The notes: generated by a model not told the origin, from the sequence alone. Shown: positions 1 to 9,761, counted from the stretch's first letter. The stretch: DNA of 64,000 nt from Chloroflexota bacterium (GCA_011523545.1 WTGN01000013.1:80877-144876); one strand, 5' to 3'. Numbers and translations are program-made.

Positions 1-1361
1 TGCGGTTCGAGCAAGCGTTTGAAGTAGTGCCTGGCGATGTTGTCGCCTTCATCGGTGCGGGCGGCAAAACCTCGCTCATGGTGGGCTTGGGTTACGATCT
101 GGCGGAAGCCGGCTGGCGCGTATTGGCGACGACTACCACCAGGCTCTCGACTGATCAGTTGGACCTGTTTCCCTGCACCATGTCCGCCATGGCCGCCCCG
201 CGCAAAATATCTGATGCGCTTACCGAGCATCAATTCGTCTTGCTGCACGACCAGATTCGTGGCGGGCACGTCTATGGTCCGCCGGTCGAATGGACCCGGA
301 GCTTGCTCGACAGTGTTGACTCGGATATCTTGCTGGTTGAAGCGGATGACGCCGCGGGCAAACCTTTCAAAGCGCCGCGGGCGGATGAACCGCAGGTGCC
401 GAACGAGACCTCTCTCGTCATTTCGGTCGCTTCCCTGCGCGCGCTGGGCCTGCCGCTGGATAAAGAGCACATCTACAATCCAGCGGCCATGATCGAACGC
501 TATGGCTTCGTCGAAAACAGCCCGGTGAAGTCGCCCTGGCTGGCGCAGGTATTGCGCGACGACGAGCTTGGCTTGCGCGGCGTGCCGACGGCTGCCCGCG
601 TCATCATCTTTCTGAATCAAACGCCGGAACGCGGCTTCATGCGCGGGCGCGCCCGCATGATCGCCCGCCTCAGCTTGCAGAGCGAGCGCATCAACGCCGT
701 TGCCCTGGGCTCGGTGCGCGGCGTCGAACCCGTGTTTGAGCTGCAGCGTCCGGTGGGCGCGCTCGTACTTGCGACCGGTTATTCGCCTTGCAAAGACCTC
801 GATGGAATACTGCGACCGGGCGCCCGCGGCCGGCCGGCCCTGGCTCATATCGCCGAGAAACTGCTGCGTTCGCGCATTGATCATATCCGCGTCGTTACTG
901 GCAGGCGGGGGGCGGAAACGCGGGCCGCCATCCGGCATCTGGGCTTGAAGACCGTCCATGATCGCGCGCGGCAGAACGGCGGCGCGGTTTCGGCGCTCAA
1001 AGCCGGGTTGCGCGCCCTGCCAGCGCATGTATCGGCCGCCCTAATCGTGCCCGGCGATCAAGTCCGCATACAGCCAAGAGTGATATATCATATCCTGGCG
1101 GCTTATGCCCGCGGCGAAGGCGACTTCATCATTCCGCGTTACGGGGCGCGCTGCGGTTATCCCGCTCTGATCGGCGGCCGTCACTGGCGCGAGATTTTGA
1201 AGATGCCCGGCCACAGCGATTTCCGCGCCATCGCGCAGCGCTTTCGGGATGACATCAGTTTTCATGACGTAGATACCGACAGCATCTTCCACGACATCAA
1301 TCGCTTGCCCCTGCCCGGAACGCCGCGCCGCGGTTTTCCTGTTCGCGATGGCGAAACCTGA
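1..1361 (+). CDS. YqeC-like P-loop accessory protein fused to a MobA/MocA-like nucleotidyltransferase-fold domain (5' end may lie just outside window)
   Basis: The frame is open from base 3 up to the listed GTG at 27. The N-terminus has a GDVVAFIGAGGKTSLM P-loop and a YqeC-like body. The C-terminal ~190 aa (GALVLATGYS...ALIVPGDQ) has a MobA/MocA-like layout. Motif recognition only. Confidence 0.55.
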   Translation, partial: RFEQAFEVVPGDVVAFIGAGGKTSLMVGLGYDLAEAGWRVLATTTTRLSTDQLDLFPCTMSAMAAPRKISDALTEHQFVLLHDQIRGGHVYGPPVEWTRSLLDSVDSDILLVEADDAAGKPFKAPRADEPQVPNETSLVISVASLRALGLPLDKEHIYNPAAMIERYGFVENSPVKSPWLAQVLRDDELGLRGVPTAARVIIFLNQTPERGFMRGRARMIARLSLQSERINAVALGSVRGVEPVFELQRPVGALVLATGYSPCKDLDGILRPGARGRPALAHIAEKLLRSRIDHIRVVTGRRGAETRAAIRHLGLKTVHDRARQNGGAVSALKAGLRALPAHVSAALIVPGDQVRIQPRVIYHILAAYARGEGDFIIPRYGARCGYPALIGGRHWREILKMPGHSDFRAIAQRFRDDISFHDVDTDSIFHDINRLPLPGTPRRGFPVRDGET

Positions 1362-1364
1362 GGG

Positions 1365-3425
1365 CTAGCCGCCTTCCTGCTGCTGTATCAACTCGCGGAT
1401 CATATCCCGTGACCAAATGCCGCTGGCTGTTGTATCCACTTGCACCCTGAGCGTGGCCGGTCGTTTGTCCTTGTGCCCGGTGGCGTCGGCGCGCATTTCG
1501 TCAAAGTACTCCATCGGCGTGATGACGATCAGCACCTCCTGCGCTTGCACGCGATGGTCCGGCGGCGGCGTGTAAAGGAATTCCCGCCGGTTGGCCCGGC
1601 GAATGCCAATCACGCCGGCTCGATAGCGCATGGATAAAGACAGCTCGGTAATTGTCTTGCCGATCCAGGGCGAGTCGTCTTCCATATAAAGTTCGGCTGT
1701 TTCCAGCCCGGTGATCTCGTTGTATAGCACATGCTGCAAGAAGTCGGCGATTTCTGGACGGGTGGTGGACAGCAGCACGAACTGAGCGGCGACGCTAAAC
1801 GGGCTGACCACGCGGTCGGCGCCTGATCGCTTCAGCTTTTCAATCATATCATCGGTTGAGGCGGTGACGGAGATCAGCAGCGACTTGCTGATGCTGCGCG
1901 CGGAGAGAACGGCAAGCACAGCGGCCGCCTTGTCCTGTATCGATATCATGATCGCCTGCGCCCGTTCAACGCCGGCTTTCTTCAACGTCAATTCCTTGGC
2001 CGGGTCGCCATGAATGACTCGGAAGCCGCGCTCCAGCCATTGATTGGTCACGCCCTTGTCATTGCTGACCAATACAAAGGGACGCGCGGGATCAAGGAAG
2101 CGGACGGCGCTCTGGATGATGTGGTCCTTGCCGCAAATTACAAAATGCTTGCTCATGCTTTCGATCGCGGCTTCGCTCTCCGCCAGGCTGTAGGTCGCCT
2201 CCAGGCTCTTGGATTCGCGCGTTGGAATCAGTCGCTGGTAGCTGGCGAAGCGCATCTCGTTCCGGCCCTGCCGGCGGCACTCGTTCTGCAATAAGGGCAC
2301 CATTTGACCGGGCGCTATGGCGAGCAGAATCTCGTCTTCCTGCAGTGTCCGGCCGCCGCCGGGCGCATATACATAATCCCCAGTCTCGAGCCGAATGCCC
2401 AGTATTCCCGCATCGTGCCGCGGGCGTAATTCCAAATCGGCAATGCGCTGCCCAATCCATGGCGAATCATCTTCCAGCTCCAGCTGCGTGATCTGGTGCT
2501 GTGTGTCTTGCTGGAAAAGAATGCTGTTAAAGAAATCGTTGACAGCCGGGCGCAAGGTGGCGCTGTTGAGAAATTGGGCTGCCACTTCATACGGGGCCAA
2601 AACGACATTGGCGCCCGCTTTGATCATCTTCAGTTTGAGTTCTTCTTCGACGGCGGCCGCCGTTATATACAGCCGCGGATTGAGATTGCGCGCTGTCAAA
2701 ACGGTCAGAAGGCTCTCGGAATCCTGATTGAGCATGACCATGATAGCTCTGGCCCGCTCGATGCCGGCGGAAACCAGTTCATCGTCATCGGTCGGGTCGC
2801 CATCAACGACCAGAATGCCGGCGCTGCGCAAGTGCTCTGCGTATTCGGCATCCTCGGTCACAACCACGAGCAAGTCCAGCAATGTTGTATGGGCGGCAAA
2901 ATTGTCGTGATAAATGATGAACAGGCGATGCAAAAGCCCGCCTAAAGCCGGCAAGCGCCCACCCGGAATGCGACCCAAAGCGCTTTCAATGGGCCGATAA
3001 AGGCTTTCCCGGTGCTGCTTGCGGCGGATCTCCGCGCCTTGCAGGATAAAGCCGATTGTTTTGTCCACCATCTCGCCCGAGCCGCAGATGATGTAGTGAC
3101 GCGCGAGCCGGTTTATCGTTTGCCTCGTCTTGAATAACCGGCGGCGCGTCATCGCTTCCGAGCTGAAGAGCAGGGCAAACGAGGATGACAGGAAGAATAA
3201 CAGAGCGCTCATGCCGGCGCCGACCAGCCCAAGCGTGAAGAGCCTGCCCAACCCCGTTTTTGGCGTCACATCGCCATAACCGATTGTCGTCAGCGTGATG
3301 ATTGTCAGGTAAAGCGCGTCAAAGAAGGACAGGCCCTCAATTAAGGCGAAGCCGGCGACGCCGATCGGCAATACAATGAAGATGAGTATCGCCGCCGCGC
3401 GGAATTGCCTGCGCACATCGTTCAC
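1365..3425 (-). CDS. 2-TM potassium channel with two tandem RCK (TrkA-N/TrkA-C) modules (GsuK/MthK-like)
   Basis: A TTIGYGD selectivity filter lies between two N-terminal TM helices. Two Rossmann-type RCK domains follow (YIICGSGEMV, FVICGKD), each with a TrkA-C-like segment. GTG start. Confidence 0.85.
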   Translation of the reverse strand: MNDVRRQFRAAAILIFIVLPIGVAGFALIEGLSFFDALYLTIITLTTIGYGDVTPKTGLGRLFTLGLVGAGMSALLFFLSSSFALLFSSEAMTRRRLFKTRQTINRLARHYIICGSGEMVDKTIGFILQGAEIRRKQHRESLYRPIESALGRIPGGRLPALGGLLHRLFIIYHDNFAAHTTLLDLLVVVTEDAEYAEHLRSAGILVVDGDPTDDDELVSAGIERARAIMVMLNQDSESLLTVLTARNLNPRLYITAAAVEEELKLKMIKAGANVVLAPYEVAAQFLNSATLRPAVNDFFNSILFQQDTQHQITQLELEDDSPWIGQRIADLELRPRHDAGILGIRLETGDYVYAPGGGRTLQEDEILLAIAPGQMVPLLQNECRRQGRNEMRFASYQRLIPTRESKSLEATYSLAESEAAIESMSKHFVICGKDHIIQSAVRFLDPARPFVLVSNDKGVTNQWLERGFRVIHGDPAKELTLKKAGVERAQAIMISIQDKAAAVLAVLSARSISKSLLISVTASTDDMIEKLKRSGADRVVSPFSVAAQFVLLSTTRPEIADFLQHVLYNEITGLETAELYMEDDSPWIGKTITELSLSMRYRAGVIGIRRANRREFLYTPPPDHRVQAQEVLIVITPMEYFDEMRADATGHKDKRPATLRVQVDTTASGIWSRDMIRELIQQQEGG

Positions 3426-3597
3426 GGTTATTGTACCTGCCTCCTAAGCGTCCGCTGCGCTCATTATATCGGAGAACATCCTCTTGTGATATTATGGCGC
3501 TAGCGAGACTCTGATTGCGCCGCAGCGATTTATCGTCCGTCATCGCTCGCGCCTGGCAGCAACTACCGCCCGCTTGAGTCATTGCTCGAAGGACATC

Positions 3598-4452
3598 ATG
3601 GGGAGGAACCCCTTGTATACAAGAGAAGATTTTCAGCGCGCCGCTGGCTTCATCCAGTCGCGGATCACAGCGCCGCCATCGATCGGCCTGGTATTGGGCT
3701 CCGGCTTGGGAAAACTGGCCGACGAGCTTGCAGACCGAGCCGTCATTCCCTACGCCGATATCCCCGGCTGGCCCCAGTCGACGGTGGTCGGGCATGGCGG
3801 CAATCTGGTAATCGGCGAGCTTGCTGGGCAGATCGTCGCCGCCCAGCAGGGGCGCGCGCACTTCTATGAAGGCTACACGCTGCAGGAGGTCACCTTTCCC
3901 GTTCGTGTTATGAAGGAGTTGGGTATTCACACCCTGCTCTTGACCAACGCCGCCGGCGGCGTAAACAAGGGTTATCAAGTGGGCGATATCATGCTGCTCG
4001 AAGACCACATCAACTTCCTCGGCCTGGCGGGCGCCAACCCGCTTATGGGGCCGAACGATGATGCGCTTGGCTTGCGCTTCGTCGGCATGTCGCAAACTTA
4101 TGATCGGCCTCTGCGGCAGCGCGCCCTCGAAGTCGCCGGCGAGAACGGCATTCCGCTGCATAGCGGCGTCTATTTCGGCCTGTCCGGTCCCTTCTTTGAG
4201 ACGCCAGCGGAGATAAGAATGATCCGCGCCTTGGGTGGAGACGCCGTCGGCATGTCAACTGTGAACGAAGTGCTGGTGGCCCGTCATGGCGGCATGCGCG
4301 TCATGGCCTGTTCCGGCATTACCAACCGCGCCATTGATGCGGTGGACACCGAGCTGGAGACCAATCATGAAGAGGTATTGGAAGCCGGCGCCGTCATCGT
4401 GCCGCGGCTGACCACCATCTTGAAAGGCGTGCTTAGCAATTTCCCGACATGA
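3598..4452 (+). CDS. punA: purine nucleoside phosphorylase (trimeric PNP/MTAP family)
   Basis: Motifs LVLGSGLG, GHGG, TNAAGG and GMSTVNEV match the family. ATG at 3598 follows GAAGGA. Alternative starts are TTG 3574 and TTG 3613. Confidence 0.85.
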   Translation: MGRNPLYTREDFQRAAGFIQSRITAPPSIGLVLGSGLGKLADELADRAVIPYADIPGWPQSTVVGHGGNLVIGELAGQIVAAQQGRAHFYEGYTLQEVTFPVRVMKELGIHTLLLTNAAGGVNKGYQVGDIMLLEDHINFLGLAGANPLMGPNDDALGLRFVGMSQTYDRPLRQRALEVAGENGIPLHSGVYFGLSGPFFETPAEIRMIRALGGDAVGMSTVNEVLVARHGGMRVMACSGITNRAIDAVDTELETNHEEVLEAGAVIVPRLTTILKGVLSNFPT

Positions 4453-5240
4453 CAGCCCTTATCGCGCTCATTGATCAGGTCGCAATCGGCGTTTATTTCT
4501 TGATCGCCGCCGGCATCCTGTTTGCCTTGAGGCGATATGTTATTCATGGAGAAGAATACCGATCCTCTTACTTTGAACTAGAGCGAGATCTGTCGCGCTA
4601 CCGGCGTACAAATGCCGTGACCGCGATGATTTTCCTGGCGGAGCTGGCCCTTATCGTCCTGGGCATTCAAGCCGTTGTCGTGCCGGAGCTGCTGCAAGAT
4701 CGCCAGATTGAAGCGCTTGTGGCCGTCGCTAGGACGGACGACGGCGTTTTCCGTACGCCGGCGCCGGCGCCGCCCGCTTCCGATTTGGGCATTGACCCGG
4801 TCGCGATGCCGCGCTCGGCCGGGGCCGCCAATCAGATTCAAGCCACCCCGTTGCCCACAGCCACGCCAGTAGGCACCATCATCCCTTCGAATCCTTCAAT
4901 CGGCTGCGATAAGCCGGAAGCCCGCCTTCTGATACCCGGCAACGGCATGCGCGTCTTCCAGCCCATACCCGTCATCGGCACTGTATTTGCCGATCAGTTT
5001 TCTTATGCCTCGATAGAAATCAGCGGTCCCAGCACATTTGGCAGCTTCCAGGTCATTGACGAACAGCATGTGGAAGTTCGCGAGCAGGCGGAGTTCGGTC
5101 AGTTCGTACCAGCCGCCTACGAGGCGGGCGAGTATGAATTCCGCTTGATGGTCTTCGACATCACCAACACGCTGAAGGCATCCTGCCTGGTTCACATCTA
5201 CATTTCCGATCCGCTGCCAACACTGACGCCCGTGCGCTGA
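4449..5240 (+). CDS. hypothetical membrane-anchored protein (2 TM, Pro-rich linker, beta-rich C-terminal domain)
   Basis: An ATGA overlap with the punA stop suggests translational coupling. There are two hydrophobic helices near the N-terminus. No recognisable family. Confidence 0.55.
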   Translation: MTALIALIDQVAIGVYFLIAAGILFALRRYVIHGEEYRSSYFELERDLSRYRRTNAVTAMIFLAELALIVLGIQAVVVPELLQDRQIEALVAVARTDDGVFRTPAPAPPASDLGIDPVAMPRSAGAANQIQATPLPTATPVGTIIPSNPSIGCDKPEARLLIPGNGMRVFQPIPVIGTVFADQFSYASIEISGPSTFGSFQVIDEQHVEVREQAEFGQFVPAAYEAGEYEFRLMVFDITNTLKASCLVHIYISDPLPTLTPVR

Positions 5241-5317
5241 GGATCGCGTCCCGGTTAATCGGCTTTCGACTTGACACGATCTACCCAGGCGCTGATCCGC
5301 TTGCGGCGCCCGCCGAT

Positions 5318-6490
5318 TCAAGACTGCAAATCACGCACCCGGCTGTTGACGCGGCGGCGCCAGCGGCGTGAGCGCGAACGCCATTTGGCGATGCGATACT
5401 GCACGTGACGGCGCTGTCGGTTGAGGAGCGATCCCTGCTGCTCGCTCGGCTTGGGTATGCCCCAGCGAATGACCATTGACGCCCAGGTCAAACCGCCGCC
5501 GAAGCCCACCAAGGCGATATGATCCTTGTTCTGAATCCGTCTCTCTTCGATGGCTTCGCACAAGGCGATGGGGATCGAGGCCGCCGATGTGTTGCCATAA
5601 CGCTCGACGTTGCTCATGAATTTGTCGCTGTCGATGCCGAGCTTGCGCGCGGCCGCCTGCAATATGCGCAGGTTCGCTTGATGAGGGATCACCAAATTGA
5701 TGTCTTCAACCTTGATGCCCGCCAGCTTGCAAGCCTGTTCAACACTTTCGCTCACGACGCGGGTGGCGAACTTGAAGACCTCGCCCCCCGCCATGTACAT
5801 TTTGTACAGCTTGTATCCGTTGGCGCCGGCGCGTGACTGATTGGCGTCTATGCTGCCGACGCTTGGGATCGCCAGCAAGTCGCCACCGGCCCCGTCCGAA
5901 CGCAGCACGCCGGAAAGCACGCCCCCAGGCGTCTCGTTGGCTTGCAAGACCACCGCGCCCGCGCCATCGCCGAAGAGGATGCAGGTGCTGCGATCTTGCC
6001 AATCCAGGATGCGGCTCATCGTTTCCGCGCCGATGACAAGCGCCGAGTCAATCGAGCCGGCCCGAATGGAATCGGCCGCCATGTTCATGGCATAAACGAA
6101 ACCGGAGCAGGCCGCGCTCAAGTCAAAGGCGCCGGCCTCGTGCGCGTTCAACCAGTCTTGCACCAGGCTGGCCGTGCTGGGGAATATATTTTCCGCTGTC
6201 GATGTGGCCACCACAATGAGATCGAGGTCCGTCGGCAATATGTCCGCCACTTCCAGCGCCTGCTGCGCCGCCAGATAAGCCAGCGTCGCCGTCGACTCGC
6301 CCTCATTGGCGATGAAACGCTGCTTGATGCCGGTGCGCGCGTAGATCCAGTCGTCGCTGGTGTCCACGAAGGCGGACAGATCATCATTGCTCATCGCCGT
6401 TTCCGGCACGGCCTTGCCCCAGCCGATGACGTGCGCATGCCGCGCCGTGAGGTCTGCATTTGCAATGCCGCTCTTGTCAGAGGTTTCCAT
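5318..6490 (-). CDS. fabH: 3-oxoacyl-ACP synthase III (FabH) with ~45-aa Arg-rich C-terminal extension
   Basis: Motifs AACSGF (Cys), PHQAN (His) and GNTSAASIP (Asn) are present. ATG 6490 is preferred over GTG 6508. It overlaps the fabF stop by 14 nt. Confidence 0.85.
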   Translation of the reverse strand: METSDKSGIANADLTARHAHVIGWGKAVPETAMSNDDLSAFVDTSDDWIYARTGIKQRFIANEGESTATLAYLAAQQALEVADILPTDLDLIVVATSTAENIFPSTASLVQDWLNAHEAGAFDLSAACSGFVYAMNMAADSIRAGSIDSALVIGAETMSRILDWQDRSTCILFGDGAGAVVLQANETPGGVLSGVLRSDGAGGDLLAIPSVGSIDANQSRAGANGYKLYKMYMAGGEVFKFATRVVSESVEQACKLAGIKVEDINLVIPHQANLRILQAAARKLGIDSDKFMSNVERYGNTSAASIPIALCEAIEERRIQNKDHIALVGFGGGLTWASMVIRWGIPKPSEQQGSLLNRQRRHVQYRIAKWRSRSRRWRRRVNSRVRDLQS

Positions 6491-7730
6491 TGTCCCGATA
6501 TTCACCAAAGATAACTACCGCATTATGACCGCCGAATCCAAAAGCGTTGGACATGGCGTAGCTGACCTCATGCCGGCAGCCCGCGTTGGGCACATAGTTG
6601 AGATCGCAAGTCGGGTCCGGCGCATCCAAATGGATGGTCGGCGGTACGAAATTCTCGCGGATCGCCATAATCGAAAAGACCGCCTCAATCGCCGCGCCGC
6701 CGCCCAGCAGATGCCCGGTCATGGATTTTGTCGAGCTGACTGGAATCTCATAAGCGGTTTCGCCCAGCGCCCGTTTCAGCGCATTGCTTTCCGCCCGGTC
6801 ATTCAAGGGCGTGCTGGTGCCGTGGGCGTTGATGTAGTTGATGTCGGCCGCCGTCAGGTTAGCGTCCCGCAGCGCAAACTCAACCGCCTTGGCCGCGCCC
6901 TCGCCGTTTTCCATCGGCGCGGTCACGTGATAGGCATCCGATGTATGCCCGTACCCGACGAGCTCTGCATGAATGAAAGCATCGCGCTCCAAGGCATGCT
7001 CAAGCTCTTCCAACACCAGGACGCCCGCGCCTTCTCCCGGAACAAAGCCATCCCGATGCAAATCAAACGGGCGCGAGGCTGTTTCCGGATCTTCATTTCG
7101 GCTGAGCGCGGTCATGTTGTTGAAGCCGGCGACGCAAAGCGGGACGATGGCCGCTTCCGACGCGCCCGCGATCATGGCAATGGCATCGCCCCGGCGTATG
7201 ATGTGCATGGCTTCGCCGATCGCATTATTGCCCGAAGCGCAAGCGGTGACGATGCAATGATTGGGCCCGCGCAAGTTATAGGCCAGCGAAACCGCGCCCG
7301 AACAGCTGTCGCTCAATATCTTGGGGATGCCCATCGGTTTGATGCCGCGATGGCCCCGCTTGTCTATGGCTTGCTGCGATTCGACGAAGGAATTGATGCC
7401 GCCGACGCCCGAGCCAATGACGCAGCCGACATTATACCTGTCGTCGCCCGCAACCTGCAGGCCGCTGTCTTCCATTGCCTGGCGGCTGGCTTCCAGCGCA
7501 AACTGCGCCACCCGGTCCAAACGCCGCGCTTCTTTGCGGCCGAAAAGGGCTTCCGGGTCAAAATCCCTGACTTCGCCAGCCAACTGATTCTGGGTCAGCC
7601 GGCGGTCATAACGCGTGATGAAACCAATGCCGTTCATGCCGGCAGCGGTGTTTGCCCAGGCCTCGGCGACATTGTTGCCGGTCGGGCAGACGATTCCCAT
7701 GCCCGTTATGACAATCCGCTTCTTCTCCAA
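6477..7730 (-). CDS. fabF: 3-oxoacyl-ACP synthase II (FabF)
   Basis: Motifs ACASGNNAIG (Cys), HGTSTPLND and STKSMTGHLLG (His/His), with full-length KAS II architecture. Confidence 0.9.
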   Translation of the reverse strand: MEKKRIVITGMGIVCPTGNNVAEAWANTAAGMNGIGFITRYDRRLTQNQLAGEVRDFDPEALFGRKEARRLDRVAQFALEASRQAMEDSGLQVAGDDRYNVGCVIGSGVGGINSFVESQQAIDKRGHRGIKPMGIPKILSDSCSGAVSLAYNLRGPNHCIVTACASGNNAIGEAMHIIRRGDAIAMIAGASEAAIVPLCVAGFNNMTALSRNEDPETASRPFDLHRDGFVPGEGAGVLVLEELEHALERDAFIHAELVGYGHTSDAYHVTAPMENGEGAAKAVEFALRDANLTAADINYINAHGTSTPLNDRAESNALKRALGETAYEIPVSSTKSMTGHLLGGGAAIEAVFSIMAIRENFVPPTIHLDAPDPTCDLNYVPNAGCRHEVSYAMSNAFGFGGHNAVVIFGEYRDNGNL

Positions 7731-7796
7731 TCAAGCCTCCAACTTGCCCGGCCGCGCGTTTCACTCATTGTAACACTGCATGTGCCCGTCCGTTGC

Positions 7797-7825
7797 TTTA
7801 CAGGCGTCTACTCCCCTCCTATAAT
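7797..7825 (+). promoter_or_regulatory. sigma70-type promoter candidate (TTTACA-17-TATAAT) for the SDR/GNAT/proC unit
   Basis: TTTACA at 7797-7802, a 17-nt spacer, and TATAAT at 7820-7825, about 70 nt upstream of the ATG at 7898. Confidence 0.4.
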
Positions 7826-7897
7826 ACTGCATTCACTCTTCCAGAAGTCAGACCAGGCGGCAGGGGCAGTTGAATTGCGCGGAAAGCCGGAGGCCCG

Positions 7898-8857
7898 ATG
7901 ATCCTGATAACCGGCGCGACCGGGCTGGTGGGGCGCCATCTGATACGGCGCCTGATGCAAGAGTCCCTGCCGACGCGCGTCCTGCTGCCCGAAAGACGCA
8001 TGCGGCGCCTGCCCTGGGACCGGGCTGATCCGCAGGCGCCCGAGCTGCTCGTTGGCAGCGTCCTGGATGAAGAGGCCTTCTTCCGCGCCGTCACCGGCTG
8101 CCACGCCGTAATCCATTTGGAAAGCGCCCAATGGTGGGGGCGGCGGCGGGACCTGGAGCGGGTCGAGCTGGCTGGCGCCCGCGCCCTGGCCGCTGTCGCG
8201 CGGGCGGCCCGCGTCGGCCGCATCATCACCGTCTCTCATCTTGGGGCGGCGCCCTCGTCCGCCTTCGCCCTGCATCGCGTCAAGGGCGAAGTCGAAGATT
8301 TGCTGCGCAACAGCGGCGTCGCGTACACCGTCATCCGAAGCGGCATCATCTTCGCGCCCGATGACGCCTTCATCAATCATGTCGCCAGCATGCTGCGGAT
8401 TAACCCGGCCTTCTTCTTAATGCCGGGCCACGGCGAGGTCGTCCTGCATCCCATCTATATTGACGACTTGGTCGAAGCCATATATCGTAGTCTCGACCGC
8501 GTACGGCTGGTGGATTCAATCGTTGAAATCGGCGGGCCGGAGTATGTGTCGCTGCGGGATCTCATTCTGACGATAATGCGCGTAACCGGGATGCGGCGCC
8601 CTGTCATTGCCGTCCCGCCTTATTTGCTACGTTGGATCACGAGCGTGTACAGCCGTATTTTGCCGCGCTCGCTCATGACCGCCCAGTGGCTCGATATCCT
8701 GGCGGCCAACCGCACCGCGCCCTTGGGCGGCACATACGATTATTTCGGATTCCAGCCCAGACGATTTGAAGACACGCTGCTTCGCTACCTGCCGCAGCGA
8801 GCGCATTTCATGGGTTTGCTGCGCGATAGCTTCCGTCCGCGGCCGCGCCACTCGTGA
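7898..8857 (+). CDS. NAD(P)-binding atypical SDR (NDUFA9/NmrA-like epimerase-dehydratase fold)
   Basis: N-terminal ILITGATGLVGRHL Rossmann motif, with a GGAGG RBS upstream. Confidence 0.75.
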   Translation: MILITGATGLVGRHLIRRLMQESLPTRVLLPERRMRRLPWDRADPQAPELLVGSVLDEEAFFRAVTGCHAVIHLESAQWWGRRRDLERVELAGARALAAVARAARVGRIITVSHLGAAPSSAFALHRVKGEVEDLLRNSGVAYTVIRSGIIFAPDDAFINHVASMLRINPAFFLMPGHGEVVLHPIYIDDLVEAIYRSLDRVRLVDSIVEIGGPEYVSLRDLILTIMRVTGMRRPVIAVPPYLLRWITSVYSRILPRSLMTAQWLDILAANRTAPLGGTYDYFGFQPRRFEDTLLRYLPQRAHFMGLLRDSFRPRPRHS

Positions 8858-8873
8858 TGCGCAGGACAACTGT

Positions 8874-9758
8874 ATGAGCGCAATAAACATCCGGCGTTTG
8901 TTGACAGCGCGCGAGCACGACCGGGCGGTCGAGCTGCAGACGCTGTATTGGGGCGACGCGGCCGAGAATCTGGTTCCGCGGCACATGCTCCACTCTATCT
9001 CGCATTACGGCGGCCATGTTCTCGGCGCCTGCGATGGCGACAAGCTGGTCGGCTTGCTGATGGGTTTCATCGGTACCGACATCGATATCGAGGCGCCTGA
9101 CGCCCGGCCGGCGATGGCCAATCTGCTGATCATGTCCAAACGCATGGTGGTGCGGCCCGAATATCGTGGGCGGAATATCGGCTTCCGCTTGAAGATGGCC
9201 CAGCGCGACCTTGCCTTGAAACAGGCGATTCGATTGGTAACCTGGACCGTCGACCCGCTGCTGGCCGCCAACGCGCACTTCAACATCCGCAAATTGGGCG
9301 CCGTCGTCCAGCGTTACGCGGTCAATTATATTGAACTGGCGGATGCGACCGGGCTGAAATCCGATCGGCTCGTCGTCGAATGGTGGGTGACGCAGGGCCG
9401 CGTGAAAGAGCGGGCCAAAGGGGCGGGGGGCAAGCTGACGCTGCAGCAATACTTCGATGTCGGCGCGCCCATCGTCAATCGGGCGGACGGCTCGGGCGAG
9501 TGGCTGCTGCCGCGGAGCATGACGGAAGCGCCGCACTCGACTTTCGCTCTCATTGAGATTCCGCCGGATTTCCCCGCGCTCCAAACGGCCGACCCCAGCC
9601 TGGCGGATGCCTGGCGCGCTCATATCCGCGTTGTGTTTCCGCCTATGTTTGCCGCCGGCTATATCGTCACCGATTTTGTCACTGGCGATTTTGAAGGCAG
9701 GCCGCGCAGCTTTTATCTGCTGAGCCGCTACTTTGATGAAGATAACCGCAATAACTGA
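8874..9758 (+). CDS. GNAT-superfamily acetyltransferase-like protein
   Basis: The ATG at 8874 lies 17 nt after the SDR stop; the longer 8766 start would overlap the SDR. Conserved GNAT-like core (VRPEYRGRNIGFRLK). Confidence 0.65.
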   Translation: MSAINIRRLLTAREHDRAVELQTLYWGDAAENLVPRHMLHSISHYGGHVLGACDGDKLVGLLMGFIGTDIDIEAPDARPAMANLLIMSKRMVVRPEYRGRNIGFRLKMAQRDLALKQAIRLVTWTVDPLLAANAHFNIRKLGAVVQRYAVNYIELADATGLKSDRLVVEWWVTQGRVKERAKGAGGKLTLQQYFDVGAPIVNRADGSGEWLLPRSMTEAPHSTFALIEIPPDFPALQTADPSLADAWRAHIRVVFPPMFAAGYIVTDFVTGDFEGRPRSFYLLSRYFDEDNRNN

Positions 9759-9761
9759 GGA

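Noticed and set aside
6360-7901. Long antisense ORFs opposite well-supported genes. Examples: 6360-7901 opposite fabF, 8808-9998 opposite GNAT/proC, 28813-30198 opposite both SODs, 30233-31222 opposite the lyase, 50814-51797 opposite rpoC, 57522-58436 opposite gyrA, and 61353-62810 opposite relA.
   Set aside because: These are typical shadow ORFs of high-GC DNA. Their translations are Arg/Ala/Gly/His-rich with no motifs, while the opposite strand encodes full-length proteins with catalytic signatures.
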